64,000 nt of DNA from Mobula hypostoma (lineage: Eukaryota). Each line of letters begins with the position of its first letter. Positions within the stretch are counted from its first letter, which is position 1. Shown here one piece after another: positions 36,590-48,368 of this stretch. The notes beneath the pieces are model-generated. The model was not told where the DNA came from. It did no database searches and saw only the letters and a program-made list of their open reading frames with translations. The translations under genes were made by a program, and so were the position numbers. The stretch covers positions 150,476,001 through 150,540,000 of the forward strand of contig NC_086097.1 in NCBI RefSeq assembly GCF_963921235.1. Reading direction: 5' to 3'.

Positions 36590-37578
36590 GAGTTTGAACC
36601 TTAGCCACTTCATGAGAAGACCACAGTCAGTCTGGATCGGAAATAATTTCTCCTCCTTGCTGACAATCAAGACAAGCGCACCTCAAGGGCATTGGCTTAG
36701 CCTACTGTACTACTCTCACTACACTAGTGACTGTATGATTTGTAAATTCGCCAATAACAGATCTGTTGTTGGCATAATCTCAGATGACGATGAGGGGGCG
36801 TACAGGAGTGAGAAAGGTTGGTTGGTTGATTGATGTCACAACATCTACTTTGCACTCAATGTCAGAAACACCAAGGAACTGATTGTGGACTTCAAAACGG
36901 GGAAGTCGGGGAACACGTACCAGTCTTCACTGAGGGTTCAACAATGGAAAGGCTGAATAGCTTCAAGTTCCTGTGTGTCAACACCTCTGAAGACCTATAC
37001 TGGGCCTAACATATTGATGCAATTACAAAGAAGGCATGCCAACAGCTATATTTCATTAGATGTAGGAGGAGATTTGGCACATTACCAAAGACTCTAGCAA
37101 AATTCTACAGATGTATTGTAGACAGCATTTGGACCAGTTATACTACTGTCTTGTATGAAAGTGCCAAGGCACTGGATCAGAAAAAGCTGCAGACGGTTGT
37201 AAACGTAACTAGCTCCTTCATCAACACGAGCCTCCCCACCATCGAGGGCATCATCCAAAGGCAATGCTTCATGAAGGCGGCATCCAAGATTAAGGGCTCT
37301 CACCAGCAAGGACATGCCCTCTTCTCATTACTACCATCAGGGAGGAGATACAGGAGCCTGAGACACACATTCAACAGTTTCTTTCCTGCCACCACCAGCT
37401 TCCTGAATGGACCATGAACATCACCATACTTTTTGTTCTCTTTTTGCACTACCTATTTATTTTTTTTATGATTCTCAGTGTAACTTGTAGTAACTTTTAT
37501 GTCTCGTAGTGTAATGTCCCCGCAAAACAACAGATTTAGTGACATATGTCAGTGATAACAACGCCAATTCTGATTCTG
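36590..37578 (+). mobile_element. Rex1/Babar-like LINE 3' part
   Basis: SAPQG, KFAN, HALFSLLPSGRRYRSL; (TTCTGA)n tail. Confidence 0.75.
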
Positions 37579-38879
37579 TCATAGAATAGAGTTCTTTATC
37601 TTTCTTATATCTGGTATTGCTAGTAAAACCAGCTTCCTGAACCACTGCAGTTTTCTGGTGAAGGTATTTTCGTAAGGATATTTTGAAGAGAGTTCTAAGG
37701 TTCAGACCAGTCAATAATGAAGGATTAGTAATATATTTCCAAGCCAGATTGGTGTATAACTTGTGGACAAGCCTGCAGGTATTGGCATTCCTTTTCTCCC
37801 AAGCCATTCTCCTTCTTAGTAGTGAAAGTTATTGGCTTTGGAAGTGCTTTATGAGGAGCTTATGTTAGTAAATGCAATACAGTTTTAAATAGTACATAGT
37901 GCATCCACTCTGCATTATAGTGGAGGGAATAATAAATAGAATACACCTGCTCGACCATGAGTAGGATTGTAACTTTTACTTCAGTACCACTTTCGTGAAC
38001 TAACTCTTTTATTCCCTAAATATCCAAAAGTCTACCAAGCTCTATCTTGAACATATGTAGCAACAGGACATCCAAAGGCCCCTTGGTTGAAAATTCCAAA
38101 ATTTCTCTGGCCTCTGGGTGATTGGGTTGGGGTGGCTCTGTTAGTAAAAAATGAAATCAAATCCTTAGAAAGAGGTAACATAGGATTAGCAGAACTCCTG
38201 TGAGTAGAGTTAAGAAACTGCAAGGGCAAAAAGACGCTGAAGGGAATTATGTACAGGCCTCCAAACAGTAGCCAGGATGTGGTTAGTGTTTACAATGGAA
38301 GATAGAAAAGGCATGTAAAAAGGGCAATTTTATGCTTCTCATGGAAGATTTCAATATGCATGTAGAGGAAAATCAGGTTGGTGCTGGATCCCAAGAGAAG
38401 GAATTTGTAGAATGCTATGAGATGGCTTTTTAGAGCAGTTTGTGGTTGAGCCCACTAGGGGAACAGCAATACTGGATTGAGTGTTGTGTAATGAACTAGA
38501 TTTGATTAGGAAGCTGAAAGTAAAGGAATCCTTAGGAAACAGTGATCATAATATGATAGAATTCACCCTGTAGTTTGTGAGGGAGCAGCTAAAATCTCTT
38601 CACCTTTACCCTAAATCTATATCCTCTAGTGTTATCTACCTTTGAAAAGGGTAGAAGTTTCCTGCAGTCTAGCCTATCTATTACTCCCATAATTTTATCT
38701 ACCTCAATCATGTCTCCTCCACTCCAAGGAAAACAAGACTAGCCTCTCAATCTCTCCTCTTAACTGAAATGGTCCATCAAAGCAAAATCTCAGTGAATTT
38801 CCTCTGCATTGTTTCTGGTACTATCACATCCTTGCTACAGTGTGGTGACCAGACTGCACACAGCTGAGATCTGACCAAT

Positions 38880-39150
38880 GTTTATTTATTTAGAGTTACA
38901 GTGCATCTCTAATGGGCCCTTTTGACCCAACCAGCCACACTACCCAGCAATGCACCTATTTTATTCTAGTCTAATCACAAGACAATTTACAATGACCAAT
39001 CAACCTACTAACTGGTAGGTCTTTGGACAGTGGGAGGAAACCAGAGCACCTGGAAGAAACCCACACGTTTCACAGGGAAAGCATACAAACTCCTCACAGA
39101 TAGCCCCAGAATAGAATTCTGGAATGCCCTGAGCTGTAATAGTGTCGTGC
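38880..39150 (-). mobile_element. V-SINE (HE1-like)
   Basis: Minus strand has the V-domain core ggagtttgtatgctttccctgtg...gtgggtttcttccaggtgctctggtttcctcccac. Confidence 0.7.
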
Positions 39151-39499
39151 TAAGTGCTGGAAGAACTCAGCAAGAGAGGGGGAAGAAATTAACGGCAATG
39201 GAGAAATCAATGTTCATGCCTGTCAGGTTGGAGGCTCCCCAGACAGAATCTTCCCCATCTGTGTGATACTCACTCCCTCCTGTCTGTAGGACCCCCCCGC
39301 CGCCTTCCCCATCTGCATGCCCCCTCTTCCCGTCTGTGTGGCACTGAAGCATAACCTTCTTTTTGTTATGTTTGGTGCTCCAACTCCAGAAGGCCAGTAC
39401 ATCATATACCTTCTGAACAATATTATCTATCTGCAGTGCACACTAAGGTCCATCTATTCCTCAGTCCTACCTAGGACCTTACCATTTCCTAGGAGATCT

Positions 39500-39865
39500 T
39501 ACAGAAACATAGAACTTTGAAAGGGGATAGATAAGATAGAGGCAGGAAAGTTGTTTTCACTGGTAGGTGAGACTAGAACTGGGGGAGTAGATTTAGGACG
39601 GAGATAGGAGGAACTGCTTTTCCCAGACAGTGATAAATCTGTGGAATTCTCTGCCCAATGAAGCAGTGGACGCTACCTCAGTAAACATATTTAAGACAAA
39701 ATTGGATAGATTTTTGCATAGTAGGGGCATTAAGGGTTATGGAGAAAAGGCAGGTAGGTGTAGGTGTGTCCATGGCCAGATCAGCCATGATCTTATTGAA
39801 TAGCGGAGCAGGCTCGAAGGGCCAGATGGCCTACTTCTCCTGCTATTTCTTATGTTCTTATGTTC
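39500..39865 (+). mobile_element. CR1 3' end
   Basis: Similar to 17545-18117; ttcttatgttcttatg tail. Confidence 0.8.
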
Positions 39866-39999
39866 TAGCCTCACTGGCGTTCCCCAAAATGCATCTGCCT
39901 CTTCTGAGCCCATTTCACCAATCAGCACTTCAACCAGGCTAGCTTGAAGAAGTCTCTTACAAACTACCATCAACATGTCACCTGTGGAACCAGAAGAGG

Positions 40000-42070
40000 C
40001 AGCCCGCTGATCACCAGTGCACCGCTATCAAGAATGTTCACTGTGCCATCCCAAGCCCACACTTCGGCAAGTCCAATCACCTGACTGTGCTTCTACTCCT
40101 GGCATATATACTGAGACTGAGGACAACAGCACCAGTGTAGGTGAGTGTTGCAGACTTGTGTAGATGAATGTGTGCCTTCAAGAACATACCGAATGTACCC
40201 CAAACCTGAATCCGTGGATGAATCAGGAGATCCGCAGTCTGCCGAGGTCTAAATCTATACCGTTCAGGCCTGGCAATTCAGATCCCTACAAGAAGTTCAG
40301 TACAACCTACTGAAGGCCATCATAAGAGTAAAAAGACAATTCTGTGTGCAGTTAGCAACACTGTAGGATACTGTGGCAGAGATTGCGTACTGCTACTTCC
40401 TATACGGCGAAACCTACAACATTAATGGCTATAATGCTTCTCTCATTGATGAACCCAATGCCTTTTATACACATTAAAAGGGAGAAAAAAAAAATACATC
40501 TGTGCAAATCCTCATATTATCTGGTGACCCTGTGATCTGTCTCAGAGGCCGCCATCAGAGTGTAAACCTTCACAAGCCATTAGGGTCTGATGGTGTTCCT
40601 GGCAGAGTACTGAAAACCTGTGCTGACCAACGGGCTACAGTGTTAAAGGACATCTTCAATCTCTCACTTTTGCATTCAGACGTGCTTTAAAAAGGCATCA
40701 ATCACACCGGTGCTCAAGAAGATTTGAATGTGCAGCCTCAACAACTATCACTCAGTAGCAGTCACATCTACTGTGATGAAGTGCTTTGAGAAGTTAATAT
40801 TTCTAGAATTAACTCCTGTCTGTGCAAGGACCTGGACCAGTTGCAATTTGCATACTTCGACAACAGGCCCAGAGTGGATGCAAAATCATTGGCTCTATAC
40901 TCAGCTTTGGAGCGCCTAGACAACAGCAAAACATGCATCATTTATCGATTGCAGCTCAGTGTTCAGCACCATCAGCCCCTCATTACTAATCAACAAGTTT
41001 CAAAACCTGGTTCTCTGCTTCACTCTGCAACTAGATCTTTAATTTGCTTATCACAAGACCACAGTCAGTGCAGATTGGTAATAACATCTCTTCCCTGCTG
41101 ACTACCTCAAGGATGCCTGCTTAGCTCACTGCTGTACTCTCACTACTCTCATGATTGTGTGGCTAGGCACAGCTCAAACACCATGTATAAATTTGCTAAT
41201 GACCCTCAGATGGCAACTGGGGTGGGGGGGTACGGGAATGAGATAGACTGTCCGATTGAATTATGTTGCAACAACCTCACACAGAACATCAGCAAGACTA
41301 GGAAATTGATTCCAGGAACACACACAAAATGCTGGAGGAACTCAGCAGGCCAGGCAGTATCTATGGAAAAGAGTAAGCTGACGTTTCAGGTCGAGACCCT
41401 TAAGCAGGATCCATGGACTTCAGAAAAGGGAAGTCCTCCTTCAGGGATCAGAGGTGGAAAGGGAGACTAGTTTCAAGTTCCGGGGTGACAACATTTCGGA
41501 GTATCTCTCCTAGGCCCCCCACATTGATGCAAACACAATGAAGGCATAGCAGCAGCTCCTCTTCAATTGGGGTTTGAGAAGATTTGATATGCCACTGCTG
41601 TGTCTTGCAAATATTTATAGATGTATCGTGGAGAGAATTCTGACTGGTTGGCACGGGTCCTCCAGTGCACAAGTTCAATGCACCCCTGCAGAGAGTTATA
41701 GATTCAACCAGTTGATCACATGTGCAACCCTCCCTGCCATCGAGAACATCTCCAAGACGCAGTGCCTTAAGAAGGTAGTTTTCATCACTTAGGACTTTCA
41801 CCTTCCAGGATGTACCCTCTTCACTGTACTATCTTTGGGGAGGAGGTACAGGAGCCTGAAGGTGCACATGCGATATTTTAGAAGCAGCTTCTTCCCCTGC
41901 ACCATCAGATTTCTGATCAGTCCATGAGCCACGAACACTGCCCCATTATTTATCTTTTACACTATTTATTTACTTCAGTAACTTATCTAATTTTTCTGTC
42001 TTACACTACATAACTGCCACAGAACTGCAAATTTCATGATCAGTGACGATAAACCTGATTCTGATTCAGA
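40000..42070 (+). mobile_element. Decayed Rex1/Babar-like LINE with a Penelope-type repeat inserted (about 41317-41410)
   Basis: Collinear with 56690-58945 ([33 protein letters not shown]). Confidence 0.78.
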
Positions 42071-42460
42071 CATCAATACCATCCTGTAGCTTAAGGATTG
42101 TCAACATTTCCCACCAATCCTAATATCATCACTGGACCCAGTCCTCATAAAGCAAACAGCTGGAAATTGGTACTACAAGTGATGAAGCTCAACCCAGTGG
42201 AAAGCAGAAAGGAGAGATAGTATTGTTAAACATAATGAAGGTCCTACAACTGGCCTCATTATGAGGATCACTGATGAAGAAAAAATGATAAAAGATTTTC
42301 TCCACTCCTGTCCTTAGACTGCATGATGCTAACATTGAGTGAGAAAACTTGAAAAAATTTAATGTTCATTCACTAGTAATCACACTTTTTTAATTGAATC
42401 AATGAGAACTATTTATGTTGAGGGAAGTGATTTTGGACATGTTTGTTATTTTTTGTACAG

Positions 42461-42590
42461 CAGGTTCTCGAAGCTCCTGCAGAGCAGACTCAAACACAGT
42501 ACTTTCACATAGCAGAGAGTGAAGAGGATGTGCAAGGTGCCCAAGCAGCTGTGGCAGCTCTTCAAGACTTGCGGTACAATACAGAGAATG
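42461..42590 (+). pseudogene. ZFAT: ZFAT exon 'E' in the inverted duplicate: QVLEAPAEQTQTQYFHIAESEEDVQGAQAAVAALQDLRYNTEN(G)
   Basis: tacag/cag tandem acceptor, gtgagt donor; phase 0/1; matches recalled ZFAT TQYLHITEAEEDVQGTQAAVAALQDLRYTSESG. Confidence 0.82.
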
Positions 42591-43469
42591 GTGAGTAAAG
42601 CAGTGTAACATGTGGCCACGTTGATAACTGTAACTCTCTAATATAAACACCAGTTTTGAATTACTGTGAACCAAGATCATTTCAGAGTAGCAATCTAAGA
42701 GTATGCAATTAAGTTACACAGTTAAGGTTTAGAGTATTTTGTTGAAGATTGGTTTACAGACCTCATAAGCACCTAATATGTAGTTGGTAACATGTGCAAT
42801 GATTCATGTAAGAGTTAGTGTAGTAGGACATGTAGAAGTAACTAGCACTTTGGTGAATGGGAGTGTATAATAAACTAGTAAGTGGGAAGGAAGGAATTTA
42901 CATAATACCTGGGTTGAAATCTATCATTATCGTCAGGATAAGGACACCATCACATTAATACCAGCCAAGTTTAAGTCACGCATAAACCATGTTTAAATTT
43001 CCTTTCTGAGCAACTGATTTATTAAGGAGTCATAGAATACCATAGAGCAAAAATAGCCCCTCCAGACTAGTCCATGCCAGCCTTGTCTTCTGCCTAGTCC
43101 CACCTATAAGCAATTGGACCACAGCCCTCCCTACCTCTCCAATCCACGTACCTATTGGAGTTGATTTGAAGAGCCTGTGAGTGTCTTCGGGCTAGATGGC
43201 AAAATCTGGGCCCCAGGCGAGTCACTGAGCAGCGTGGTCAAGGCTCAGAGCCTTTCGTAGCAGTGGTGCCTAGGTCCTAGTGTGAGGTACAGTACGCTGT
43301 TTAGAGAAGTTAAACACTAGCCCAGATTGGAGGCAAGAGCTGACTTTGCCTGCTCTCTGCGATCGGAGCCTTTTGCTGTTCAGTTGTTTGGTCAATTTAA
43401 ACACTGACTCAGATAGACTGAAAAGACAGGGTGTCGAGATCGGAGGCGAGAGCCAATTTTGCTCGTTCT

Positions 43470-44560
43470 CCGTAGTGGTCATTTACTTGGATTTTCAGAA
43501 GGCATTTGACAAGATGCCACACACGAGGGTGCTTAACAAGATAAAATCCTGTGGCGTTACAGAAAAGATACTGGCATGGATAGCGGAATGGCTGACAGGC
43601 AGGAGGCCGCGAGTGGGAATAAAAGGAGCCTTTTCTGGTTGGTTGCCGGTGACTAGTGGTGTTCCTCAGTGGTCAGTATTGTGACCGTAATTCTTCACAT
43701 TGTTTGTCAACGATTTGGATAATGGAATTGATGGCTTTATGACAAAGTTTGTGCCAGAGGTAGCTGGAGGGGTAGGTAGTGCTGAGGAAGCAATGCGATT
43801 GCAGCAGGACTTAGACAAATTGGAGGAATGGGCAAAACAGTGGCAGATGGGACATTTATGATAATGTATTTTAGTAAAAGGAACAATAGTGTGGACTATT
43901 ATCTAAATAGGAAAAAGGTTCAAACATCCGAAGTACAGACAGAGTTAGGAGTCCTCGTGCAAGACTCCCAGAAGGTTAATTTGCAAGTTGAGTCTGTGGT
44001 AAAGAAGGCAAATGCAATGTTGGCATTTATTTCAAGGGGAGTAATGTATAAAAGCAAGGGGATAATGTTGAGCCTTTATAAGATGCTATTCAGGCTGCAC
44101 TTGGAGTATTGACAACAGTTTTGAGCCCTTTATCTCAGAAAGGATGTGTTGTCATGGAGAGAGTCCAGGTGAGGTTCACAAGGATGATTACGGGAATGAA
44201 GGAGTTAAGATATGAGGAGCATTTGGCAGCTTTGGGCCTGTACTCGCTGGAATTTAGAATTGAAACCTACCAACTGTTGAAAGGACTAGATAGGGTGGAT
44301 TTGAAGAGGATGCTTCCTATTGTGAGGGTACCTGGAACTAGAGGGCATAGCCTCAAAATTGAGGGGTGACATCTTAGAACAAAGGTAAGAAAGATTTCTT
44401 TTAGCCAGAGAGTATTGAATCTGTGGAATGCTCTGCCACATCAAAGGATATTGCGAGAAGTTGAATGGAGTTGAATGAGATTAGCCATGATGAAATTTCA
44501 GAGCAGACTCGATGTGCTGAATGACCTAACTCTGCTGCTCTGCCTCATGCTCTTATGGTC
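43470..44560 (+). mobile_element. Decayed CR1 RT and 3' end
   Basis: VIYLDFQKAFDKMPH, VTSGVPQ, KKANAMLAFISRG. Confidence 0.82.
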
Positions 44561-44719
44561 ATCTCCATGGCACTGAGGCTATGAAGACTGCCCCAGCTCT
44601 TGCCCACTAATGTGATGAACTGATATACAAGGCCTTGGGCCTACTCCGGTCTGTCCAGATATTCCAGGGTTGAGTGACGGGCCAATGAAATGGCATTTGC
44701 TGTGGACTTGTTGTGCCGG

Positions 44720-45990
44720 TAGACAAATGGCAGCTGATCCAAGTTGCTTCTTAGTTGATAGGTTTCATCACCAACTTCTCAAAATATTTCATTGCTGCAG
44801 ATGTAAGTGCTACAGGCTGATGGTCATTGAGGCAGGTCACCATGTTCTTCTTAGGCACTGGTATAATTGAAGCCTGCTAGAAGGAGATAGATACCTCAGA
44901 CTGCTGAAGAGGGAGTTTAAATACCTCAGTGAATACTCCAGCCAGTTCTTTAGTACTGGAGTGTAGCACAGGTCTTTAGTACTCGGCCGGTACCCCATCT
45001 GGGCTGGATGCTTTCTATGGATTCACTCACCTCGGCCTAAGAGACTGAAATCACAGGATCATCAGAGGCTGTGGGATTTCGTGATGGTTCTTCCATGTCT
45101 TGTCAGTTGAAGTGAACATACAAGACATTCAGCTCACCTGGATGTGAAGTTCCGTTGCCACCTAAGATGCACGAGAGCATTTAAGCATTGCCTCTGTTGT
45201 TGAGCATCCTTCATTGAGTCAAGTTTACTTCAGAATTGCCACTTCACTTTTGAGATGGCTTTCTGGAGATCGTACCTGGACCTCTTGTAACTTTCTTGGT
45301 TGCTAGACCTGAATGCCTCTGATCTGGCCCTTGGAAGATTGCGGAGCTCATGTCCATCCAGGGCTTCTGGTTGGAAAAGACTCTAGATAATTTTAGGGGC
45401 CACATGCATCTACTACTGTTTTTATACAGTTTGTGACAAACATAGTGTATTCATTCAGATCCACAGATAAGTCCTTGAACACAGCCCAATCCACCAACTC
45501 AGCAATCCCATAGCCTCCCGTGATCCCATAGCCACTTCTTTGTCGTTGTAGTCTCTACAACCTTGTTGTTTAGCCTCTGTCTGTATGTAGGTAGGAGGAG
45601 GACTGCCAAGTGATCTGACTTCCCAAAATGTGATCTGGGCATGGAACTGTAGACATTCCTTACCCTGCTATAACAGTGGTCTGCTGTGTTGAGAGCCTCT
45701 GCTGCTACAGGTTATATGCTGATTCTAACTGGGCAGGGATTTCTTCAAACAAGCCTGATTGAAATTCCCAACTATGATATAAAATGAGTAAAGGTGAACT
45801 GTTTCTTCTTTGGCAACAGCATCATGCAATATCTCAAGCACTTGATTATAGTTGGCAGCTGGTGGTATGTAAACTGTGGACAGGATTACAGAGGAGAACC
45901 CTCTTGGTAAATAGAGCAGTCAGCACTTGATCGTTAGGTGTTATAGGTTGGGGGAATACGAGTACCAAACCACCACATCAGACATTTCAA
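44720..45990 (-). mobile_element. Decayed Rex1/Babar-like LINE endonuclease region
   Basis: Minus strand has cattttgggaagtcagatcacttggcagtcctcctcctacc and cagaagccctggatg, as at 56800-57080. Confidence 0.6.
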
Positions 45991-46444
45991 TTTTGGCACA
46001 GTGTAAAGAATTCACTGTGCTTTTAGTCACTTTAAAAAGTCTGTCCGAGCTCAGTGTTTATCTTGTTATTTAAAGCAATGTACATTTGTAAGATTTGACC
46101 AGATTTATAGAAAATCATAAATTATTGGAAATCTCAACTTCTTTGTACTTGAAGATGGGGCATTAGCATAAACTAGAAAATGATTTGTTTCTGATCAGTG
46201 CTAAAGGGACTGATTTCAGTTGTTGACAGGGCGTTAGTGACATGCCCTTAAGCATTCTACTAATTGCCTAAGTGGTAACATGCTGATAAAGATTAGTATT
46301 CTGATTCACAAGTGCAAAACAAAACTGAAGTCATGTGGACAATTAGTGCCATTAATGAATCTACAGTATGTTGGCTGAAGATGTAACGTACAACAATCAA
46401 ATATTGCTTTGACCCATGATGAACGTGTTGAATTGTTATTTAGA

Positions 46445-48368
46445 CAGATAGATAGTTTATTGATCCCAAAAGAAATTCATGTCAATGGAGCATTACAAGT
46501 GCGCAGATACACAAATATTAGAAGAGAAGAAAGAAAAAAATAAAAATTAGTTAGCTCAAACAGTCTATCAGGAAGGGGTCATCACTTCCCTGGCTACAGG
46601 TTGACTCATTATAGAGCCTAATGGCCGAGGGTAAGAATTACCTCATATAGTGCTCTTTGGAGCAGCACAGTTGTCTTAGTCTACGTCCACACTATGCCCG
46701 ATAATTTTGAAAACAAAGCTTTTTCTCTTCGTTTTGACCCTCCGTCCACACTAAAATGGCATTTTCATCCCCTGAAAACAGAGAATTTCAGAAACAGTCT
46801 CCAGAGTGAATAAATCTGAAAACTCCTAATATCCGTTACAGTGTGGACGGGGTAACCGGAGATTTTTAAAACCGCTGTCATGACGTGCCGGAACAGATGG
46901 CGGCAGTGCGGCATTTCATTGTTTTCTTCTTATGATTATTATTACTTTATTGTCGCCAAACAATTGATACTAGACCATACAATCATCACAGCAATATTTG
47001 ATTCCGTGCTTCGCAGAACCTAACAATTTCAGAACAGACAGCAACAAGACTGAAGCCAGAAGAGTTAGAAATATACTCACCAAATACTTTGACCCATAGC
47101 TTACTGAATAAATAAGTATACTCACTTTGCCTCGTTTTCTGTCCTTGGTTGTATGAAGGTGGTTTACCTATTTATGCAAGTACTTCTCTGACAATAGATG
47201 TGTAACAGCCTAATGTAACATTGTATGGAAATACAAGATAACACTGATGCAGACATGTTTTATACATTTAACAAGGTGCTTTATTAATGCAACAGAGTTA
47301 GTCAGTTTTTCAATGTTCATCGTCAGCCGGGTCATACTGTCCGTGAACTCCCTGTCGGTTGCCTCCATACACCCCAGTATTTTTTTTTCAAATTTAAGTC
47401 CTCCTGCACGAGAGCCAATAGCAATTCCTTTTAAGTTTTTCTACTCTGTAACTGGACAAACGCGTGCCAAGTATACCGTTTCCTCTTCGCTTGTTTTCTG
47501 TGTGTCCTGCGCATGCCCAGTAAGAGGAGATTCGCCCAAATATCTGTTCTAATGTGGACAGAGATATTCTGAAAAACGCTTAGTGTGGATGCCTGTCGTT
47601 TTTACTCGAAATCGGCATTTTCAAAATTATCCGGGATAGTGTGGACGTAGCCTCTGTCTATTACTAAAAGTGCTCCTCTGTTCAGCCAAGGTGGCATGCA
47701 GAGGGTGAGAAACATTGCCCAGAATTGCCAGGATTTTCCAAAGGGTCCTTTGTTCTACCACAGCCTCCAGTGTGTCCAGTTTGACTCCTATAACAGAGCC
47801 AGCCTTTCTAATCAGTTTTTTGAGCCTGTTGGCATCACACGTGTTGATACCATTGCCCCAGTATACTACCTCAAAGAAGATGTACAGACTAGTAGAACAT
47901 GTGAAGGAGGGGCCTGCATACTCCAAAGGGCCTCCATCTCCTCAGGAAGTAGGGGCAACTCTAGCCCTTCTTGTACACAACCTATGTGTTGGTGCTCCAC
48001 TCAAATCTGTCATCCAGGTGCACCTCCAGGTAGTTATAGGTCTTCACCACATCCATACCATCAATGGAGGCTTAGTCTTCCTGGAGTCCATCACCATCTC
48101 CTTTGTCTTACTGATGTTGAGCTGCAGATGATTCAGCTTGCACCATTTGACAAAGTCCTCTACCAGAGCCCTGTATTCATCCTCCCTTTACACACCCAGC
48201 TATTGCTGAGTCATCAGAGAATTTCTGTAGATGACATCACTCAGTGTTGTATCTAAAGTCTGAGATATACAGGGTCAACTGCAAGGGACCACACAGCTCT
48301 GACGCTGTACAAACGGTAGTCTGCCAGTCAGGCAGTCTGTTATCCAGGTTACAATGAAAGTGCCAACC
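46445..48368 (-). mobile_element. Rex1/Babar-like LINE interrupted by a MITE and truncated by L1
   Basis: Same family as 16510-17295 (DANRLKKLIRKAGSVIGVKLDTLE...HPLH); WITDCLTGR. Confidence 0.78.
46679..47652. mobile_element. PIF/Harbinger-like MITE
   Basis: About 33-bp TIRs ctacgtccacactatgcccgataattttgaaaa / ttttcaaaattatccgggatagtgtggacgtag; internal ccacact/agtgtgg subrepeats; TSD not clean. Confidence 0.72.

Noticed and set aside
24545..42590. Plus-strand exons C, D, E as the functional ZFAT gene
   Set aside because: The preceding exons A and B are both on the minus strand and continue in phase into the minus-strand exon C; no upstream plus-strand exon was found.
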